Assembly (NCBI GenBank): GCA_037142615.1
Contig: JBAXAI010000058.1
Span: 1 to 10,916 of the forward strand
DNA from: Spirochaetales bacterium
GTDB lineage: Bacteria > Spirochaetota > Spirochaetia > JABEVK01
DNA length: 10,916 nucleotides
Reading direction: 5' to 3'
Of the stretch, positions 1 through 6,995 are shown one piece after another. The notes below the pieces were generated by a model. It did not search any database. It saw only the letters and a list, made by a program, of their open reading frames with translations, and was not told the DNA's origin. A program made the position numbers and the translations under genes. The stretch's first letter is position 1. The number at the start of each line of letters is the position of its first letter.

Positions 1-484
1 CTAGCAGCGAAGCGGCAACTAGCAGTTCGTCGTCCGAGAGAACCGGATCAAGAATGCTTCCGAAATGGATGTCACCAAAGAAAGACAAAAGCACCCTCCC
101 GGGTTGCGTGACTACGGTGAGGGCACTCGGCTCTTGCTGGATCACCCCATAGCCGATCCCCTCGCTGGCAAGATGACGGAAAGTCCTCACCGGCTCGGCG
201 GGCACTTGGGCGTCAACAAGTCCATTGAGCATCAAGTGCCAGTACGTCCAAGACCGGGGCCGAAACTGTCCGGGCTCGGCTTGCTGCAGTGCGACGCGCA
301 GGAACTCGTCTGGCACAAGGTTCCTGAGTAGAGCGGCATCCTCAAAGCTTCCTAGGTCCATGACGCTTGCCAGAAGTTGCTGGGGGTAATCCAGGCTCTC
401 TTGAGGGGGCTTCCACCAAACGTACTTTGGGGCAAGCTCTGTGAGGAGTTCGATTGCTGCAACGGAAAAGTCGGATTGCCGCAT
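1..484 (-). CDS. Partial ORF (3' end beyond window): fusion of a small TA-associated hypothetical protein with an N-terminally truncated AbiEii/AbiGii-like nucleotidyltransferase fragment; possibly a degenerate TA module
   Basis: Manual translation from ATG 484 is open to base 1: MRQSDFSVAAIELLTELAPKYVWWKPPQESLDYPQQLLASVMDLGSFEDAALLRNLVPDEFLRVALQQAEPGQFRPRSWTYWHLMLNGLVDAQVPAEPVRTFRHLASEGIGYGVIQQEPSALTVVTQPGRVLLSFFGDIHFGSILDPVLSDDELLVAASLL. RBS-like AAGGGGGAG lies just upstream. From memory, KYVWW/VMDLGSFED/SWTYWH resembles the small partner genes of AbiEii NTases, and V-x-x-SFFG...ASLL(D) resembles the central part of those NTases. Absent from the ORF track, presumably because there is no stop in the window. 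Confidence 0.65.
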   Translation of the reverse strand, partial: MRQSDFSVAAIELLTELAPKYVWWKPPQESLDYPQQLLASVMDLGSFEDAALLRNLVPDEFLRVALQQAEPGQFRPRSWTYWHLMLNGLVDAQVPAEPVRTFRHLASEGIGYGVIQQEPSALTVVTQPGRVLLSFFGDIHFGSILDPVLSDDELLVAASLL

Positions 485-502
485 GAACTCCCCCTTGGGA
501 GC

Positions 503-511
503 ATTATATCA
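503..511 (-). promoter_or_regulatory. Extended -10 promoter (TGnTATAAT) for the 484..1 ORF
   Basis: Minus strand reads TGA-TATAAT (511-503), a perfect extended -10. A start about 7 nt downstream (~496) would give a leader AAGGGGGAGTTC-ATG. No consensus -35 is seen. Confidence 0.55.
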
Positions 512-2650
512 TGACCCCTGAAACTCCACCCACTCCAAAGCGTGGGGGCCGATGTCGGGCCAGCGGAAATCGAGTGTGCCAGGGGTTGCGGCCTCTGGCA
601 CTGACAGGTTCATCTGGGTTGCCTCGGCGCCAAGCCAGTGTTGGGTCACCGTCCAGCTGGTTGGGCGGGCTGCCGCTAGCCGGAACGAACTGCCGGGCCA
701 GCCGACAAAGCCAAAGTGGCGGGTCGTTCCCTGGGCCCCGTCCAGAAGTGCCTCGTCGAAACTGGCCAGCACCAGCTGCCCTTCGGTCTCAAGGCCGGCT
801 ACGCGAGAACCGGGGCGGAGCGCCAGCAACACCGTCTTGCCCTGCTCAAGTCGCCGCCACCCGGCGGTGGTCATGGCGCGGTGCCCACCGTGAGGATGCC
901 CCCCCAAGGTTTCGAACTGGTAAGTGGCGCTGGGGCGCGCGAGGGCGGCCAAACCGTTGAAGCGGGCAATCACCTCAGCGCTGGGGCCGCCCCCAGCTTC
1001 GTCGGGCCCAAACGGCAACAGGGTTCCGGGCACCCCCAGCGCGGCAGCGTCGAACCACAGGTCGCTCGCGGTGGCCCAGTCGTAGCCGGTCGAGCTGCTC
1101 ACCGGCATGCCGCATTCCCCCAAGAACGCGGCCAAGTTCATGCGGCGGTTGCCCTCGACGTCGTAGTCGCGCGGGCAGTACACCATATCGTCGGTGCTGT
1201 GCAGGTCGTAGTACGGTGCCAGCAGCGGCGAGAGCCCGTAGTAGAACACGACCAGTTCGGGGTTTTCGGCCTTCATCGCTCCCAAGAGCACTTCCAGGCC
1301 CCGCCTCAACAGGGCCTCGCCCCGGTATACGGGATTAGCCGGGCACGAAACGTCGAGCGTCGGCAGTTCGTAGCCGAAGTCGAACTTGATCAGGTCGGGC
1401 CGGTAACGGCGCATGAAGTCCCTCGCCAGCCTGCCCAGCACCTCGGCGACCTTGTCCTGGCTGATGTCGTAAATGCCGTAGCGGGCCGTCTGGTGCGCAA
1501 ACCACAGCACCTGTCCGTCGCGGCCCTTCATCAGGTGGTCCTCGGTCAGGCCCACGAGCGAGGGGTTCTCACACCGTAGGAAGGCGGCCCACAAGCCCAC
1601 TTTGAGCCCTGCCTTGCGCACCCGGCCCAGCAGGTCGTCAAAGGCAGGGAACCGCTTTTCGTCGTGCCGGAGCACGCCATACGTGCCTTCCCACTTGTCG
1701 TCGATCACAAAGTGGCCCACTTTGAGGCCCGATGCTTGCAGTTGCTGCCAGTACTTTTCGAGCCGGGCTTGGTCGAACTGTTCGGGCTGAATGGGCTCGC
1801 TCACTTGCGAACCCCAGGTGTTGAACAGTGTCCAGGACCGCACATCGCGGGAATTTGCCAGGGCAGGGTAGGCCGAACCTGCCTTGTGACCCAGCGCTGC
1901 CAAATGCCGGTAGTAGGCCTTTGGCGCCTCTTCCAGGTCTTTGCCAAAAAAGAACAGCAGGTCGAGGCCGGTGCTGAACGACCGACCCTCGGGGAAAAGG
2001 TTCCACAGGTCTGAACGGACGTTGAGCACGAGGGTGAGATTGCGGTCGCCCGTACGAACCCAGAAGTCGCCCGAAGGCAAACTGGCCAGCCCGAGACACA
2101 TCGCGGCCGATTCGCGGGAGTGCGCTCCTGAGGCGTTCCACCGGGCGGCTGTGTCGTACACGGCAAGCCAGTGGCTGGGGAGCCCCCATTGCTGCGCCAA
2201 GCCCGGTCCTCTCATGGCTCCGGCGCCCAGCGTGGTCGTCAGGTTCAGCTTGGAGTGCAGGTCGACCACCGGCCCCAGGAACGACGACATGCTGAGGCCA
2301 GGCAGCAGGGCATAGTGGGTCTGCAGTCCCGCGAGGAGTTCGACCCGGGCCCAACGCGAGGCGTGCGGCGAGCTCACCTCGACCGGCGACAGCGAAAAGT
2401 GGTCCTGTTCAAAGCTCCAGACCAGCGAAAGCTCCGCCTGGGCGCTACGGTAGCTGACGGCAACGGTGTTGCCCTGCTGCAGGGCCGTGACAGCGGCCTC
2501 GTCCCAGGAAGGGTCAGCGGAACCATCGGCGAACACAAGACGCGGCTTGAGGGGGGCGTGGGCGATGTGACGCCCTTGGCCATCCTCAAAATGCACGAGG
2601 TCGGTATCGCGGTCCCAGGACCAACGGTAGTTCTCAGTGGTGTGTTCCAT
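509..2650 (-). CDS. Clan GH-D (GH36/GH31/GH27-like) TIM-barrel glycoside hydrolase, probably a retaining alpha-glycosidase (alpha-galactosidase-like), ~713 aa, cytoplasmic
   Basis: Start moved from 2689 to ATG 2650 (MEHTTENY...), preceded by AGGAG. Motifs: FNTWG, HFVIDDKWEG (IDDKW at 1691-1705), RFP...GLKVGLW, LIKFDFGYE (candidate nucleophile Asp codon 1379-1381), HSTDD (1187-1201, candidate acid/base). No signal peptide visible. Confidence 0.8.
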   Translation of the reverse strand: MEHTTENYRWSWDRDTDLVHFEDGQGRHIAHAPLKPRLVFADGSADPSWDEAAVTALQQGNTVAVSYRSAQAELSLVWSFEQDHFSLSPVEVSSPHASRWARVELLAGLQTHYALLPGLSMSSFLGPVVDLHSKLNLTTTLGAGAMRGPGLAQQWGLPSHWLAVYDTAARWNASGAHSRESAAMCLGLASLPSGDFWVRTGDRNLTLVLNVRSDLWNLFPEGRSFSTGLDLLFFFGKDLEEAPKAYYRHLAALGHKAGSAYPALANSRDVRSWTLFNTWGSQVSEPIQPEQFDQARLEKYWQQLQASGLKVGHFVIDDKWEGTYGVLRHDEKRFPAFDDLLGRVRKAGLKVGLWAAFLRCENPSLVGLTEDHLMKGRDGQVLWFAHQTARYGIYDISQDKVAEVLGRLARDFMRRYRPDLIKFDFGYELPTLDVSCPANPVYRGEALLRRGLEVLLGAMKAENPELVVFYYGLSPLLAPYYDLHSTDDMVYCPRDYDVEGNRRMNLAAFLGECGMPVSSSTGYDWATASDLWFDAAALGVPGTLLPFGPDEAGGGPSAEVIARFNGLAALARPSATYQFETLGGHPHGGHRAMTTAGWRRLEQGKTVLLALRPGSRVAGLETEGQLVLASFDEALLDGAQGTTRHFGFVGWPGSSFRLAAARPTSWTVTQHWLGAEATQMNLSVPEAATPGTLDFRWPDIGPHALEWVEFQGS

Positions 2651-3662
2651 CTTCACTCCTGGGCCGGGCTGAAGTTTCCCGGCGGACAAGGTCGGGGGTA
2701 AGCAAAATGCGGCGGGGCTCGCTGTCGCGGCCCTCCATGACGTGCATGAGTAAGTCGGCGGCAGCCAACCCCATCGACTTCATCTTGAGGTCGACCGAGG
2801 TGAGCTTGTTGTGCGCCGCCAAGAACGTGTTGTCGTGCCCAATGACGGTCAGGTCGTCCGGGACCCTGAGGCCCACTTCGGCGGCTGCCTCCAGGATCCC
2901 GATGGCCATCAGGTCGTTGCACGCGAACAGGGCCGTCGGCACTGTGCCCGAGTTCAGCAGTCGCGCCAGCGCCAGACGGGTTTGGGACACGGCGTTTTCG
3001 GTGTTGGCATCTTCAATGTGCACCAGCAATTGCTTGGCCGGGTCCCGTCCGGCCTCTACGTGCGCCCGCCGCCAGGCATCTTCTTTGAGCGAGTAGCTGT
3101 AGCCGACGACCCCGCCCACAAAACCGATGTCGATGTGGCCGAGCCCAGCCAGGTAGTCCATCACCCGGGCCATGCCGAGCTGCTGATCGATCACCACCGA
3201 GTCGATATCGGTTACGCCCGCCAACGGATGCACCAAAACCAGCGGCACTTGACCCGCCATGGCCTTCAGGTAGCCGGAGTCGATGTTCTCAAGGGCGGGG
3301 TCGATGATGATGATGCCATCGACCTGCCGCGACACCAGGTCGGCGATGTAGGTGCGCTCCCTCTCTTGGTCGCCGTCGGTGCAGCACAAGAACTGCATGT
3401 AGCTCTTGTCGCGGAAACGGCGCTCGATCACTTCGGTGATTTCCATGTAGTACTGGTTGCTCATGCTGGTAGTGAGCACCCCAATGGCGTGGCTGCTCTT
3501 GCTCATCAAAGCCCTTGCCATGCGGTTGGGCACGTAGTTGAGCTTGGCGATGGCCGCCTCCACCCGGGCTTTACGGTCGGTGCTGACCGCCTTGTTGTTC
3601 ATGACCCGGCTTACAGTTGCGGTCGAAACCTGAGCCTCCCGGGCGATGTCGTTGATGGTCAT
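2634..3662 (-). CDS. LacI/GalR-family transcriptional regulator, 342 aa
   Basis: N-terminal HTH MTINDIAREAQVSTATVSRVMN, hinge YVPNRMARAL, effector domain with TALFACNDLMAIG and VPDDLTVIGHDN. Start set at ATG 3662 with AAGGAG RBS. Its 3' end overlaps the GH start by 17 bp. Confidence 0.96.
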   Translation of the reverse strand: MTINDIAREAQVSTATVSRVMNNKAVSTDRKARVEAAIAKLNYVPNRMARALMSKSSHAIGVLTTSMSNQYYMEITEVIERRFRDKSYMQFLCCTDGDQERERTYIADLVSRQVDGIIIIDPALENIDSGYLKAMAGQVPLVLVHPLAGVTDIDSVVIDQQLGMARVMDYLAGLGHIDIGFVGGVVGYSYSLKEDAWRRAHVEAGRDPAKQLLVHIEDANTENAVSQTRLALARLLNSGTVPTALFACNDLMAIGILEAAAEVGLRVPDDLTVIGHDNTFLAAHNKLTSVDLKMKSMGLAAADLLMHVMEGRDSEPRRILLTPDLVRRETSARPRSEDGTHH

Positions 3663-3679
3663 CTGTTCTCCTTGCAAAT

Positions 3680-3693
3680 TGCAACCGCTTACA
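3680..3693. promoter_or_regulatory. LacI-family operator O1 (TGCAACCGCTTACA)
   Basis: 14-bp imperfect palindrome fitting the LacI/CcpA-type TGxAAxCGxTTxCA pattern, 17 bp upstream of the regulator start codon; one mismatch from O2. Confidence 0.8.
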
Positions 3694-3696
3694 GGA

Positions 3697-3726
3697 ACAT
3701 TGGGCCGTCTCCCCTTGTTCTGTCAA
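3697..3726 (-). promoter_or_regulatory. Putative sigma70 promoter for the lacI-GH operon
   Basis: Minus-strand TTGACA (3726-3721), 18-bp spacer, weak -10 CAATGT (3702-3697). The predicted start falls inside operator O1. Confidence 0.45.
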
Positions 3727-3745
3727 CAACAAGTTGAGTTGACAG
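3720..3745. repeat. Inverted repeat CTGTCAAC-N10-GTTGACAG containing two back-to-back TTGACA hexamers
   Basis: Read directly: ctgtcaac aacaagttga gttgacag. Confidence 0.7.
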
Positions 3746-3799
3746 GCAAAAACTGCCAGAAGTGAAGGGGAATTGGTGAAATATGGGCAAAACAAGAAG

Positions 3800-3813
3800 T
3801 GTAACCGCTTACA
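3800..3813. promoter_or_regulatory. LacI-family operator O2 (TGTAACCGCTTACA)
   Basis: Near-perfect 14-bp palindrome (TGTAA-C-CG-C-TTACA) just upstream of the ABC operon promoter, exactly 120 bp from O1. Confidence 0.85.
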
Positions 3814-3821
3814 AATTCCGC

Positions 3822-3850
3822 TTGCCAACTCAGAAGACTCGTGGTAATTT
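3822..3850 (+). promoter_or_regulatory. Putative sigma70 promoter of the ABC transporter operon
   Basis: TTGCCA (3822-3827), 17-bp spacer, TG-G-TAATTT extended -10 (3842-3850), followed by GGAGG RBS (3862-3866) and ATG 3873. Confidence 0.6.
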
Positions 3851-3872
3851 GACGGGACCGTGGAGGTATTGC

Positions 3873-5192
3873 ATGAAAAAGATGGCACTGTCCGTCGTTC
3901 TGGCCGCACTCGTGGCCTTCTCTCTTTCCGCCGCCGATAAGGTGGTTCTCACTTGGTGGACTTGGACTCTCCCCACCCAGGAAGACTTCGTTGTTCTCAA
4001 GAAGGGTTTTGAAGCGAAGTATCCCAACATCGAGCTTCAGCCCAGCGTCAACCAGATGGACGACTACAAGACCAAGCTCAAGGTCGAGTTCTCGTCGGGA
4101 ACCGGACCTGACATCATGTCGATGCAGCCCGGCTCGATGATCGACCAGTTCAAGCCCTACCTGCTCGACCTGACCGCTCCCGCCAAGGCGACGCTCGACA
4201 AGCTGGAACCTGCCATTGTGGCCGAAGCCAAGCTCCGCTCCGGTGGCGACGCTGTGCGCATGGCGCCCCTGGGTGCTTCGAGCACGATGTTCGTCTACTA
4301 CAATGCCACCTACTTCAAGAAGGCCGGCATCACCAAGGTTCCCTCGACCACTGCGGAGCTGCTCGACGCCGCTGCCAAGCTCAAGAAGACCTACCCCGAT
4401 AAGGTTCCGTTCACCCTGGGCCTCAAGGACAGCTGGTTCAACGGCGACGTGTTCGGCATTTTCGCCGACCAGGTCGAAAAAGGCCTGCTCGAGAAGGCTG
4501 ACCTCGGCACGGTGAAGTTTACCGATGCCAAGTTCGTCAAGGCTTTGGGCAACCTGAAAGGCCTCGTGGACAAGGGTTTGGTCGACAAGAACTCGGTCGG
4601 CGTGGCTGTGTACGAAGACTCGATCGGCCTGCTGATGGACGGCAAGGCCGCCATGCACGTCAACGGCGGCTGGAATGTTGCCAACCTGTCGAGCACCAAG
4701 GTCAAGAACGACGCCGGCAAGCTGTACAGTGACCGCCGCGAAGGCCGCGCCACCGTAGACGACGTGTTCAGCGCCTTCCCGCTGCCCAACTTCAACGGCG
4801 GCTCGCCCGTCGTTCTCGGCGGCATCGACATCGGCATTGCCATCAACAAGAATGCGGCCAAGGATCCCGCCAAGCTAGACGCGGCCCTCAAGCTGATGGA
4901 CTACATGCTCGCCGGTGATGGCCAGAAGTTCGAAACCGGCCGTGCTGGCGCTGGTTTGATTCCTTCCATCAAGGGTGCCAAGATGAACCTGACCCCCTTC
5001 GTCGACAAGGAATCGGCTGACGGTGCCAACGCCATCGTGACCGCCACCAACACCATGATGGCTGGTCCCCGGGGCGTGACCAACCCCGCTGTGTTTACCC
5101 AGTTGGGCGTCGCGGTTCAGAATGTCGTCAACGGCAAGGACATTGCTACCGAACTGAAGGCGATTCAGGACGTCTACGACAAGCAAATGTGA
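3873..5192 (+). CDS. Sugar ABC transporter substrate-binding protein (CUT1, SBP_bac_1/8-like), 439 aa
   Basis: Start corrected from 3783 to ATG 3873 (GGAGG RBS). Signal peptide MKKMALSVVLAALVAFSLSA|A with no lipobox Cys. Motifs GFEAKYPNI, GTGPDI, VYYNATYFKKAGI...P.T..EL, GKAAMHVNGGW. Precedes two permeases. Confidence 0.93.
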   Translation: MKKMALSVVLAALVAFSLSAADKVVLTWWTWTLPTQEDFVVLKKGFEAKYPNIELQPSVNQMDDYKTKLKVEFSSGTGPDIMSMQPGSMIDQFKPYLLDLTAPAKATLDKLEPAIVAEAKLRSGGDAVRMAPLGASSTMFVYYNATYFKKAGITKVPSTTAELLDAAAKLKKTYPDKVPFTLGLKDSWFNGDVFGIFADQVEKGLLEKADLGTVKFTDAKFVKALGNLKGLVDKGLVDKNSVGVAVYEDSIGLLMDGKAAMHVNGGWNVANLSSTKVKNDAGKLYSDRREGRATVDDVFSAFPLPNFNGGSPVVLGGIDIGIAINKNAAKDPAKLDAALKLMDYMLAGDGQKFETGRAGAGLIPSIKGAKMNLTPFVDKESADGANAIVTATNTMMAGPRGVTNPAVFTQLGVAVQNVVNGKDIATELKAIQDVYDKQM

Positions 5193-5200
5193 TTTGACCT

Positions 5201-5234
5201 TGGGGGTGGGCTCGCGCCTGCCCCCACTTTTTTT
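5201..5234 (+). terminator. Intra-operon stem-loop with U-tract (leaky rho-independent terminator or mRNA stabiliser)
   Basis: TGGGGGTGGGC-TCGC-GCCTGCCCCCA: 11-bp stem with two G-U pairs, then C and T7, between the SBP and the first permease. Confidence 0.75.
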
Positions 5235-5254
5235 GGCAAAAGTGAGGTACAGCC

Positions 5255-6187
5255 ATGGCAACAACAAGGGCTCCCGCTGGGGCGTTCCAGGTTCTTCGAC
5301 GTAAGGAAGTGCTTTGGGGGTATGGCTTTCTGGCCCCCATCCTGGTGCTGATGGGCCTTTTTGTGGTCTATGGCCTGTACTTTGTGGTCAAGATAAGCTT
5401 CTTCAAGTGGGACGGCGTTGATCCCGAAACCATGGTGTTCCGTGGTTTCCGGAACTACGTGCTTCTATTTTCCGACACGAACTTTTTGATGGCCGTGCTG
5501 AATGCCGTCATCTTCCTCGTGGTGACAGTCTCGGTGCAGATGTTCGCCGGTTTGATGGTCGCCCTGCTTTTGCGCCCCAAGCTGTTCGGGCACCGCTTTT
5601 TCAAGGCCCTGTTCTACATCCCTGTCGCGCTGTCCACGACCGTCATTGCCACCACGTTCGCGGCCTTTTACGAGCCGAACTTCGGCGTGCTCAACAGCGT
5701 GCTCACTTCGGACTTCGGCAAGACCTTGGGGGTGTCTGGGTTGGCCCACAGTTGGCTGGGCGACCCGTCCACCGCGCTTGGCGCCGTCATCGTGGCCAAC
5801 ATTTTCCAGTGGATGGGCGCCCAGATGATCTTCTACATCGCGGGTCTCACCACCATCAGCGACGAAGTGTTCGAGGCAGCCCAAATCGACGGCGCAGGGT
5901 TCTGGCCCACGTTGACCCAAGTCGTGTGGCCCAGTCTGTGGCCAACGCACACGACCGTCATCATCTTGGGTATGGTGGGTGCCATCAAGACCTTCGACAT
6001 CGTGTGGTTGCTCACCCAGGGTGGTCCCGGCAACGCGACGCAGTTTCCGGCCACGATGCTCTACCAATCGGTGGCGCAAAACTTTCAGGCCGGCTACGGC
6101 GCCAGCATCAGCGTGGTGATGATTCTGCTGTGCATTGGCCTTTCGGCGGTCCAGATTTCGTTCAATAACCGCAAGAGGGAGGCCTAG
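5255..6187 (+). CDS. Carbohydrate ABC transporter permease (MalF/UgpA-type), 310 aa
   Basis: GYGFLAP, FRGFRNY, FYIPVALS, FGVLN, WLGDPSTAL, EAA loop EVFEAAQIDGAGFW, FDIVWLLTQGGPG, GYGASIS; several hydrophobic segments. Confidence 0.95.
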   Translation: MATTRAPAGAFQVLRRKEVLWGYGFLAPILVLMGLFVVYGLYFVVKISFFKWDGVDPETMVFRGFRNYVLLFSDTNFLMAVLNAVIFLVVTVSVQMFAGLMVALLLRPKLFGHRFFKALFYIPVALSTTVIATTFAAFYEPNFGVLNSVLTSDFGKTLGVSGLAHSWLGDPSTALGAVIVANIFQWMGAQMIFYIAGLTTISDEVFEAAQIDGAGFWPTLTQVVWPSLWPTHTTVIILGMVGAIKTFDIVWLLTQGGPGNATQFPATMLYQSVAQNFQAGYGASISVVMILLCIGLSAVQISFNNRKREA

Positions 6188-6188
6188 C

Positions 6189-6986
6189 ATGTTCCGCAGT
6201 CTTTCGCTCGGTGGCAAGGCCGTCATTCAACTCATTCTTGTGTTGCTGGGTGTGTTGTATCTGGTTCCCCTGATCAACGTCGTGTACCGGTCGTTCCTCG
6301 GGGCCGGGGCAAGTAACTATGTCTACCTGTTCACTTCCGGGTTCCCCATCTTGAGGATGATCCTGAACAGTTTTCTGGTGAGCGTGTTGCAGGTGGCGGT
6401 GATTTTGGCCGTGGCGAGCCCTGCTGCTTTTGCCTTCAGCAAGATGAAGTTCCCCGGTCGCGACGCTATCTATCTGGCCATTGTTCTGACGATGAGCATC
6501 TCGATGCTCTGTTTCATCACACCGCTGTTCCAGACGCTCAAGGCACTTGGCTGGATGAACACCTATGTTGCCATGGTGCTCCCTGCGGCTACCTTTTGGA
6601 CTCCGGTGGCCATCCTCATTTTGAAGAACTACTTTGACAGCTTGGGTCGCGAACTGCTCGAAGCGACACAGATGGAAGGCGGTGGCTTTTTCACCGCGTG
6701 GTGGAAGGTGTACCTGCCCATCAGCCGACCCGCCACCGTCAACGTGATCGTGTTCGCCTTTATCAACAGCTGGAACGACTACCTCAACCCGCTGCTGTTC
6801 AGCCGCACGGACGACATGAAGACCCTGCCCATGGCGGTGGTCGCGCTCAGCAACTCGATCTACGGAGCGCGACCAGAAGTGGTGGCGGCCTGCCTCGTGA
6901 TCATGGCCCTGCCGTCCGTTGGCGTGTACCTGCTGTTGCAAGACTACCTCGGAGACGGCATGACGGCTGGCTCGGTCAAAGGCTGA
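6189..6986 (+). CDS. Carbohydrate ABC transporter permease (MalG/UgpE-type), 265 aa
   Basis: Start corrected from 6135 to ATG 6189 (GAGGGAGG RBS, 1 bp after the upstream TAG). Motifs LNS, AAFAFSKMKFPGR, LGWMNTY, EAA-like ELLEATQMEGG, FINSWNDYLNPL, TLP, C-terminal GMTAGSVKG. Confidence 0.95.
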   Translation: MFRSLSLGGKAVIQLILVLLGVLYLVPLINVVYRSFLGAGASNYVYLFTSGFPILRMILNSFLVSVLQVAVILAVASPAAFAFSKMKFPGRDAIYLAIVLTMSISMLCFITPLFQTLKALGWMNTYVAMVLPAATFWTPVAILILKNYFDSLGRELLEATQMEGGGFFTAWWKVYLPISRPATVNVIVFAFINSWNDYLNPLLFSRTDDMKTLPMAVVALSNSIYGARPEVVAACLVIMALPSVGVYLLLQDYLGDGMTAGSVKG

Positions 6987-6995
6987 CCTTCGTTG

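Noticed and set aside
65-331. 88-aa plus-strand ORF
   Set aside because: Antisense to the better-supported minus-strand ORF, which has a promoter, RBS and family-like motifs; no recognisable motifs of its own.
509-2650. GH31 sulfoquinovosidase (YihQ) / sulfoglycolysis locus
   Set aside because: Tempting because of the glycerol genes, but the WMADFGE-type nucleophile motif of YihQ is absent and no sulfoglycolytic enzymes are in the window.
3739-3767. Plus-strand promoter from TTGACA at 3739
   Set aside because: No acceptable -10 at 16-18 bp; a better promoter exists at 3822-3850.
3783-3872. N-terminal extensions in the ORF track (SBP from 3783; also starts at 2689, 3677, 6135 and 9179)
   Set aside because: Downstream starts have clear RBSs and give canonical N-termini. 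The extensions run over operators, promoters or neighbouring genes.
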